A DNA stretch of 64,000 nt from the human T2T-CHM13v2.0 reference genome, Homo sapiens, in the NCBI RefSeq assembly GCF_009914755.1, contig NC_060925.1, one strand, 5' to 3'. Both the position numbers and the translations under genes were made by a program. This document shows, one piece after another, positions 55,762 to 64,000 of this stretch (its first letter is position 1; each line of letters begins with the position of its first letter). The notes under the pieces are model-generated. The model saw nothing but the letters and a program-made list of their open reading frames with translations, had not been told where the DNA came from and did not search any database.

Positions 55762-55976
55762 GCAATATAAAGTCCTGTTTCACTCTCAGGAACGAGAGCT
55801 GACCCAGTTAAGGGAGAAGTTACGGGAAGGGAGAGATGCCTCCCGCTCATTGAATGAGCATCTCCAGGCCCTCCTCACTCCGGATGAGCCGGACAAGTCC
55901 CAGGGGCAGGACCTCCAAGAACAGCTGGCTGAGGGGTGTAGACTGGCACAGCACCTTGTCCAAAAGCTCAGCCCAG
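55762..55976 (+). CDS. NBPF19: NBPF coding exon 3 (coiled coil)
   Basis: ccttag|GCAATAT...GCCCAG|gtaagg, 215 nt, [35 protein letters not shown]...VQKLSP. Confidence 0.92.
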
Positions 55977-57023
55977 GTAAGGTGGCCATAGGCCCTGATG
56001 ACCCAAAACCCCAGGCTTATGAGAGGCTCCAGACCTCCATACTTTCACAATGACAGTTATATCAGTGGGGTTTTTTTCTACTACACCTATGTGGCCATGA
56101 CATGATCAGGACTTCCTGGGTAAGAACAGAGATGGGAAACCCATGGGTTTGGAGGTCACAGTATTGCAAGTGTCCCTCCTTCCTTGATGGAAGGTGGTCT
56201 TTGGAGCAAGAGGCAGCATCTATCTAGTTTTAAAGGACAGGAAGGAGGCTGTGATGGAAGGGCGCTTGTTGGAGTGAAAAGAGCTCTGGGCTAAGAATGA
56301 AGGTTCCCAGGCTGTATTTTTGGCAGTGTTCTTAGTAAGTGTCAGTGAGTGATTTATCTTTTCAGAGTTTCTCTCTCTCCATCTGCAAAGGCAGACAAAT
56401 TGTCTCTTGCAAGGGTCTGAAGCATCCAAATATGGGAACACTTACGAATGCTTTTCAAAATGAGATGAAGCCCCTCTCCATGTGGTGTTGGAGAAGGCAC
56501 TTGATGTGGGGGCATTTGGTGGTAGGAAGTGCTTCAGACTGGAGCACTCCCCATGGATAGAATGTCCCTGAATAACACAGCAGAAGCCACATGGAGGGCC
56601 TGTGCAGTCTCATGACGCATAGAGGACTGTGGGACAAGTTTGTCCTCTCCTAAGAGAAAGAATGAGGTTTGAAATGCAAACCGTGACAGGACACCAAGCC
56701 TGTGCCTGGGAATCAGATCTGGCAGGATGGGGGAGACAGCTGCCAACGTCCAGAGAGAGGCTGCACAAGCCTCCAGTGATATGGGAAGCAAAAGGTCTTT
56801 TCAATATTTGGCCACATCTTGATGGTGGCCCTCCAGATCAGAAATGCATTGCCTGATGGATCAGGAAACCATGGCAGGGCATTCTGTTAAAGATAAAACA
56901 TGAGAGTTTTCAGTTGAACGGTGACCCATGCCTAGATGTTCATGTCTCTGTTGCACATTGGGCTGACTGTGCTTGCAGACTGTGAAGTGGGAAATATCTG
57001 AACGAACACTTCTGTATTTACAG

Positions 57024-57096
57024 AAAATGACAACGATGACGATGAAGATGTTCAAGTTGAGGTGGCTGAGAAAGTGCAGAAATCGTCTGCCCCCAG
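57024..57096 (+). CDS. NBPF19: NBPF Olduvai CON1 small exon
   Basis: tttacag|AAAATGAC...CCCCAG|gtaac, 73 nt, [25 protein letters not shown]. Confidence 0.92.
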
Positions 57097-57560
57097 GTAA
57101 CACTGAATACTCAGGAACAATTAATGGATGGTAACATATGAGGAATATCTAGGAGGCACACCCTCTCTGGCATCTATGATGGGCCAAAAACCCGCATTCG
57201 CTTGGCCACAGTATGTGAAATATAATCCAGCTTAGACACAGGGTGCGGTAGCTGTCATGTTTCTCTATGTGTGCTGAGTGTCATGTCTGCACCTTACAGG
57301 GATAGCTGAGTCTTCATCCTCCTCAGCTCCTATCTGTCCAGTGCAATGAACAGCAGCTGCTCTCTTCCTCTCTGGTTCCCATGGCAGCCATGCTCTGTTG
57401 CAGAGAGAACAGGATTGCATGTTCCCTCTTAATGGGAACCTCCATTTTGCTTTCTGGGACCACTCTCTTAATGCCGCCTGTCAAAACCAGCTAGGACTCC
57501 CTGGGGTCCAATCCCTCTGTGTTTAATCTTCTGTCATCTCTGTCCCACCTGGCTCATCAG

Positions 57561-57766
57561 GGAGATGCAGAAGGCTGAAGAAAAGGAAGTCCCTGAGGAC
57601 TCACTGGAGGAATGTGCCATCACTTATTCAAATAGCCATGGCCCTTATGACTCCAACCAGCCACATAGGAAAACCAAAATCACATTTGAGGAAGACAAAG
57701 TCGACTCAACTCTCATTGGCTCATCCTCTCATGTTGAATGGGAGGATGCTGTACACATTATTCCAG
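57561..57766 (+). CDS. NBPF19: NBPF Olduvai (DUF1220) CON1 large exon
   Basis: ctcatcag|GGAGATG...TTCCAG|gtag, 206 nt, [31 protein letters not shown]...DAVHIIP. Confidence 0.92.
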
Positions 57767-58356
57767 GTAGCCTCTGTTTTCCTTGTGTCTCATACCTCTC
57801 TCTAGGCTGAGAAAGATAAACTCTGAAGACAGGCTCTATAAACACAAATTCATTTGAATAAAAAACTGTGATGGGTTTCTAAACAGATATCAGGGAGTTT
57901 TTTTGTCCTTCTCAGCTAATGTCATGACTTTGTCTGCCAGTCCCCAGTATCAAGTTACTCAACCCCAGGCAAGTGTGACAATCTCATAGTCACCTGAGTG
58001 CAGGAGGTGCACAGACAGTATCTGTCAGGCCTCCTATCTTCGATTCAGTATCTCTTGTCATCTGTGATTAAGTCATCTGTCCCTGAACAATGTCCATGGA
58101 GTTTCTATGCCTGTTTAAGGAAGCTGGCAGCCTTGCCTTTGTATTTGGAAATATTGTTCCCCAGGCTTCACTGCTCTCAGCTTTCATCTGGATCTCCTTT
58201 AAGTCAGCTTGCTTAGCTGCACAGTCACCCTGAAATCAGGACGGAAACTTTTCTTCTTTACTTTGCTGATATATTTCCATAAAGCAAGGCTGGACCCTGG
58301 TTCTCCACCCTGTCAATGCAATGGCTGATCCAATGTTTCTTTGTAGCATCGTGGAT

Positions 58357-58626
58357 TTTTTTTTTTTTTTTTTTTTTTTTTGCAATGGAGTCTTGCTCTG
58401 TCACCCAGGCTGGAGTGCAGTGGCACCATCTTGGCTTGGTGCAACCTCTGCCTCCCAGATTCAAGTGATTCTCCTGCCTCAGCCTCCTGAGTTGCTGGGA
58501 CCACAGGTGCACAACATCACATCTGGCTAATTTTTGTATTTTTAGTAGAGACAGGGTTTCCCCATATTGGCCAGGGTAGTCCTGAACTCATGACCTCAAA
58601 TGATTCACCTGTCTTGGCCTCCCAAA
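58357..58626 (-). mobile_element. Alu (slightly 5'-truncated) in NBPF intron
   Basis: Poly-T and Alu body ending at ggcctcccaaa. Confidence 0.9.
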
Positions 58627-59057
58627 TCACAGATTCTTTTTAAAGCAAGAGTTGTTAAAATTTATCTATCAGTCGTGTTTCATGTATAGATGCCTCTAAA
58701 CATTTAATGTCCATGTTACCTGGTGATATAAGTCCGTATCGCAGCAACACTCTTAGAAAATTGTTTGACCAATTTTTGGAGATTTTTTTGGGGAAAAAAT
58801 TTTGTTTAACTTTGACTCAGGCAGGGAATATGGCATTATGGTCTACACGTAGAGGGAGATTTTGGCCTGTGGGTCTGGAAAGCAGGGTCATCTAATTCTC
58901 ACCAAAGTTAATCTAGGACACCCTAGAATATTCCTGTCAGAATCCTTATTCTTGCACTGAGAATAGTTATGTCCTTGTGCTATGACTGGACAGTGATTTG
59001 TTCATATGTGAAGTATGAATTGCTTAATGTGACCTGCTTCTCTGAATTTATTTACAG

Positions 59058-59109
59058 AAAATGAAAGTGATGATGAGGAAGAGGAAGAAAAAGGGCCAGT
59101 GTCTCCCAG
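59058..59109 (+). CDS. NBPF19: NBPF Olduvai CON2 small exon
   Basis: tttacag|AAAATGAA...CTCCCAG|gtaatg, 52 nt, ENESDDEEEEEKGPVSPR. Confidence 0.92.
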
Positions 59110-59346
59110 GTAATGTTGTGGAATTGTTGGCTGTTAATTCAGTAGTGACATCTGGAGATTGTAGATTTAGGGAAAATGAGGAAGTGATGAATAGAACTAT
59201 TTCTTCCATTCACCCAGCTACAAATTGTGCTGATTTACAATGTTGTATGTTATTTGTGGCACTTGTATTGGTTTTAATTTCATAGTCCTCTCAAGATAGG
59301 AACTTGCCATCAGATGAGCCAGGTGAACTAGCCAAACAGGGTTTTC

Positions 59347-62300
59347 TTGTTGATCTTTTCAAAAAACCAGCCCTGGATTCATTGATTTTTTGAAGGGTTT
59401 TTTGTGTCTCTATCTCCTTGAGTTCTGCTCTGATCTTAGTTACTTCTTGTCTTCTGCTAGCTTTTGAATTTGTTTGCTTTGCTTCTCTAGTTATTTTAAT
59501 TGTGATGTTAGGGTGTCCATTTTAGATCTTTTCTGCTTTCTCTTGTGGGCATTTAGTGCTATAATTTTCCCTCTACACATTGCTTTAAATGTGTCCCAGA
59601 GATTCTGGTATGTTGTGTCTTTGTTCTCATTGGTTTCAAAGAACATCTTTATTTCTGCCTTCATTTTGTTATTTTCCCAGTAGTCATTCAGGAGCAGGTT
59701 GTTCAGTTTCCATGTAGTTGTGTGGTTTTGAGTGAGTTTCTTAATCCTGAGTTCTAATTTGATTGCACTGTGGTCTGACAGTTTGTTGTGATTTCCATTC
59801 TTTTACATTTGCTGACGAGTGCTTTACCTCCAACTATGTGGTCAATTTTGGAATAAGTGTGATGTGGTGCTGAGAAGAATGTATATTCTGTTGATTTGGG
59901 GTGGAGAGTTCTGTAGATGTCTTTTAGGTCGGCTTGGTGGAGAGCTGAGTTCAAGTCCTGGATATCCTTGTTAAGCTTCTGTCTCATTGATCTGTCTAAT
60001 ATTGACAGTGGGGTGTTAAAGTCTCCCATGATGATTGTGTGGAGTCTAAATCTCTTTGTAGGTCTCTCAGGACTTGCTTTATGAATCTGGGTGCTCCTGT
60101 ATAGGGTGCATATATATTTAGGATAGTTAACTCTTCTTGTTGAATTGATCCCTTTACCATTATGTAGTGGCCTTCTTTGTCTCTTTTGATCTTTGTTGGT
60201 TTAAAGTCTGTTTTATCAGAGACTAGGATTGCAACACCTGCCTTTTTTTGTTTTCCATTTGCTTGGTAGATCTTCCTCCATCCCTTTATTTTGAGCCTAT
60301 GTGTGTCTCTGCATGTGAGATGGGTTTCCTGAGTACAGCACACTGATGGGTCTTGACTCTTTATCCAATTTGCCATTCTGTGTTTTTTAACTGGGGCATT
60401 TAGCCCATTTACATTTAAGGTTAATATTGTTATGTGTGAATTTGATCCTGTCGTTATGATGTTAGCTGGTTATTTCTTCCGTTAGTTGATGCAGTTTCTT
60501 CCTAGCGTCAATGGTCTTTACAGTTTGGCATGTTTTTGCAGTGGCTGGTACCGGTTGTTCCTTTCCATGTTTAGTGCTTCCTTTAGGAGCTCTTGTAAGG
60601 CAGGCCTGGTGGTGACAAAATCTCTCAGCATTTGCTTCTCTGTAAAGGATTTATTTCTCCTTCACTTATGAAGCTTTGTTTGGCTGGATATGAAATTCTT
60701 GGTTGAAAATTCTTTTCTTTAAGAATGTTGAAGGTGCTGGAGAGGATGTGGAGAAATAGGAACACTTTTACACTGTTGGTGGGACTGTAAACTAGTTCAA
60801 CGATTGTGGAAGGCAGTGTGGCAATTCCTCAGGGATCTAGAACTAGAAATACCATTTGACCCAGCCATCCCATTACTGGGTGTATACCCAAAGGATTATA
60901 AATCATGCTGCTGTAAAGACACATGCACACATATGTTTATTGCGGCACTATTCACAATAGCAAAGACTTGGAACCAAGCCAAATATCCAGCAATGATAGA
61001 CTGGATTAAGAAAATGTGGCACATATACACCATGGAATACTATGCAGCTATAAAAAATGATGAGTTCATGTCCTTTGTAGGGGCATGGATGAAGCTGGAA
61101 ACCATCATTCTCAGCAAACTATTGCAAGGACAAAAAACCAAATACCGCATGTTCTTACTCACAGGTGGGAATTGAACAATGAGAACACATGGACACAGAA
61201 AGGGGAACATCACACACTGGGGCCTGTTGTAGGGTGGGGGGAGGGAGGAGGGGTAGCATTAGGAGATATACCTAATGCTAAATGATGAGTTAATGGGTGA
61301 AGCACGCCAATGTGGACATGTATACATATGTAACTAACCTGCACGTTGTGCACATGTACCCTAAGACTTAAAGTATTAAAAAAAATATATATATATATAC
61401 ATACACACAAAAAATAATAAAGGAAAACTATACATATGGAAAAAAAAAAGAATGTTGAATATTGCTCCCACTCTCTTCTGGCTTGTAGGGTTTGTGCCAA
61501 GAGATCTGCTGCTAGTCTGATGGGTTTCCCTTTGTGGGTAATCCAACCTTTCTCTCTGGCTGCCCTTAGCATTTTTTCCTTCATTTCAACCTTGGTGAAT
61601 CTGACAATTACGTGTTTTGGGGTTGCTCTTCTCGAGGAGTATCTTTATGGTGTTCTCTGTGTTTCCTGAATTTGAATGTTGGCCTTCCTTGCTAGGTTGG
61701 GGAAGTCCTCCTGGATAATATCCTGAAGAATGTTTCCCAGCTTGGTTCCATTCTCCCCGTCACTTTCAGTACACCAATCAAACGTAGATTTGGTCTTTCC
61801 ACATAGTCCCATATTTATTGGAGGCTTGTTCATTTCTTTTTACTCTTTTTTCTCTAAACTTCTCTTCTCGCTTCATTTCACTAATTTGATCTTGAATCAC
61901 TGATACCATTTCTTGCACTTGATCGAATTGGCTACTGAAGCTTGTGCATGCATCACGTAGTTCTCGTGCCATGGTTTTCAGCTCCATCAGCTCATTTAAG
62001 GTCTTCTCTACACTGTTCATTCTGGTTAGCCATTCGTCTAATCTTTTTTCAAGGTTTTTAGCTTCCTTGCGATGAGTTCGCACATCCTCCTTTAGCTCAG
62101 AGAAGTTTGTTATTACCGACTTTCTGAAGCCTACTTCTGTCATCTCATCAAAGTCATTCTCCATCCTGCTTTGTTCCATTGCTGGCGAGGAGCTGCGATC
62201 CTTTGGAGGAGAAGGGATGTCAGGTTTTTGGAATTTTCAGCTTTTGTGCTCTGGTTTCTCCCCACCTTTGTGGTTTTATCTACCCTTGGTCTTTGATGAT

Positions 62301-62445
62301 GGCGACCTACAGATGGGGTTTTGGGGTGGATGTCTTTTTTGTTGATGTTGATGCTATTCCTTTCTGTGTGTTAGTTTTCCTTCTAACAGTCAGGTCCCTC
62401 AGCTTCAGGTCTGTTGGAGTTTGCTGGAAGTCCACTCCAGACCCT
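59347..62445 (-). mobile_element. L1PA internal fragment (part of 5'UTR, ORF1, ORF2 endonuclease), interrupted by a second L1
   Basis: Minus-strand ORFs give ORF1-like (EQSRMENDFDE...; KEKMLRAAREKG) and EN-like (ANWIKSQDPSVCCTQETH...; GDFNTPLS) peptides. Confidence 0.93.
60733..61447 (+). mobile_element. Nested 5'-truncated L1PA with extended 3' tail
   Basis: L1 ORF2 end and 3'UTR; TSD aagaatgttgaa at 60721-60732 and 61448-61459. Confidence 0.92.
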
Positions 62446-63012
62446 CAAACAGGGATTTCTTGGTGTTGCCTATTCTCTCCCATGTGTTTAAATCCAGGGA
62501 GAGGTGTATATATGCTTTCTTCCTATTTGTTGGTAGTATGTTGGCTAGTATTTTTGCAAGAAAAGAAATTGAAAAAGTAAATATATTATATCAAAATATT
62601 GGGAAAATGGGGCCCTTAATACACAAGATCTGTGTCTGCACTGCGTCAAGAACTCTCTTCACTTGAATGCTGCATGTAAAATTCAACCCAATTTATGCAA
62701 AGTAGTTGAAGCCCTGTGTCAGTTCTCTGTGCTGCAAGTCATGATGGTAGTTTACAGGGAGAGTCCGGGTGCCCTGAGTTGGCTCATCTGTGGCAAATGT
62801 ACTGAGCACATGCTGCCCATTTTTGCTCTGTCCCCAGAGCAGTCACCCTCCACCCTGTATTTAGAAGGATAGTTTTATTTCTCTTGAAGGAAAAATGCCT
62901 TTGGTTTCTGTGACCACTCCATTCTGTCTCCCATCAGATCATCTGGGAGGTTTTGTTGTCTAATGTCTGTTGGTTAAATCTTCTATCATCCCTGTCCTGC
63001 CTGGCTCATCAG

Positions 63013-63176
63013 GAATCTGCAGGAGTCTGAAGAGGAGGAAGTCCCCCAGGAGTCCTGGGATGAAGGTTATTCGACTCTCTCAATTCCTCCTGAAATGTTG
63101 GCCTCGTACCAGTCTTACAGCAGCACATTTCACTCATTAGAGGAACAGCAAGTCTGCATGGCTGTTGACATAGGCA
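63013..63176 (+). CDS. NBPF19: NBPF Olduvai CON2 large exon (gene continues beyond the window)
   Basis: ctcatcag|GAATCTG...ATAGGCA|gtgagt, 164 nt, [54 protein letters not shown]. Confidence 0.92.
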
Positions 63177-64000
63177 GTGAGTACTCCATTGTGAAGGTGA
63201 TAAAGCTCCAGTTCATGGCCCAGGTAGACCCCATAATCTTTGGGCCTTGTGCCCCTTGTTGGGCTGAGATTTGCCATCACCGTGGGCTGAACCTATATAT
63301 CAATGTAGATTTCAGTCACTCTGGAGTCAAGTCTGAAGCACAGGCATGGGGTGGGTCAGTGAGCTTTACTCTCTTCCTAGTCTCAGGCCATGCCTGTGCC
63401 AACCTGGACTGACTGTCACGACATTGAACTCAAGGCAGGTGTGGCAAACTCACACCAAACTATGTAGCACATGCCCAGGAGTTGTCTGTCAGATCAGCTC
63501 ATCTGAATTAAATGTCTTTTGCCAGCTACAAAATTCCTTATGAGTTTTGTTCCCAAAGCATGTCTGTGTGGTTCTTTACCTGCCCAAGGCCAGTGTCACC
63601 CTTGTCTACCTCTCAGTGAAAGATGTGACCCAGGTTTCACTGAGTTTATTCCCATTTTCTGTGTCTTCTAAGTTCGCTTGTTTTAGCTCATCTGTCCGTC
63701 ATGTTCCTGGTATGTTTTCTAGATAAATGGCTGACTTTTCACCCACAAAAGCCATAATAGCTGATGCTTCTGTGTAGAACCAAGTTTCATTTTGACTCAA
63801 GAGCTGGTACATTGCACCCCTTCATCAAATCTCTGTGTCCACAATCTCATAAACTATCAAATTCTGGGTATTTGATGAGAGAAAGCTTAATATTGAAGTA
63901 TCTCTCCTATGAGGTGTTAGAACTATTTGCCTACAATTTATTGGGGAAAAATTGCTCATTTGTGTACATAAACCTAGGACAGAGCACATAGGGAAGATAA

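Noticed and set aside
59754-62179. Active L1 ORF1/ORF2 or L1 antisense promoter
   Set aside because: The ORFs are fragmented and split by a nested L1, the RT domain is absent, and only about 270 nt upstream of the ORF1-like frame remains.

Overview
Human/great-ape genomic DNA from the 1q21 segmental-duplication cluster, not a prokaryotic window. The + strand carries exons 2-4 and the intron-derived exon 5 of a NOTCH2NL paralog, ending [25 protein letters not shown]. About 12 kb downstream on the same strand lies the 5' part of an NBPF (Olduvai/DUF1220) gene: coiled-coil exons, CON1 and CON2. The best fit is NOTCH2NLC-NBPF19, but the paralog is not certain. Introns are rich in Alu, L1, L2, MIR, MER and LTR elements. 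The most unusual feature is a 2.6-kb insert at 34329-36918 bounded by one 5-bp TSD (TTCAT) but carrying two different LTRs. On the - strand it reads THE1 5' LTR, tRNA-Leu PBS, antisense 28S rRNA fragment, HERV-L integrase/dUTPase, PPT, MLT2A 3' LTR, which suggests a cross-family reverse-transcription chimera. Repeat and paralog calls come from recall of consensus sequences, not from database searches.
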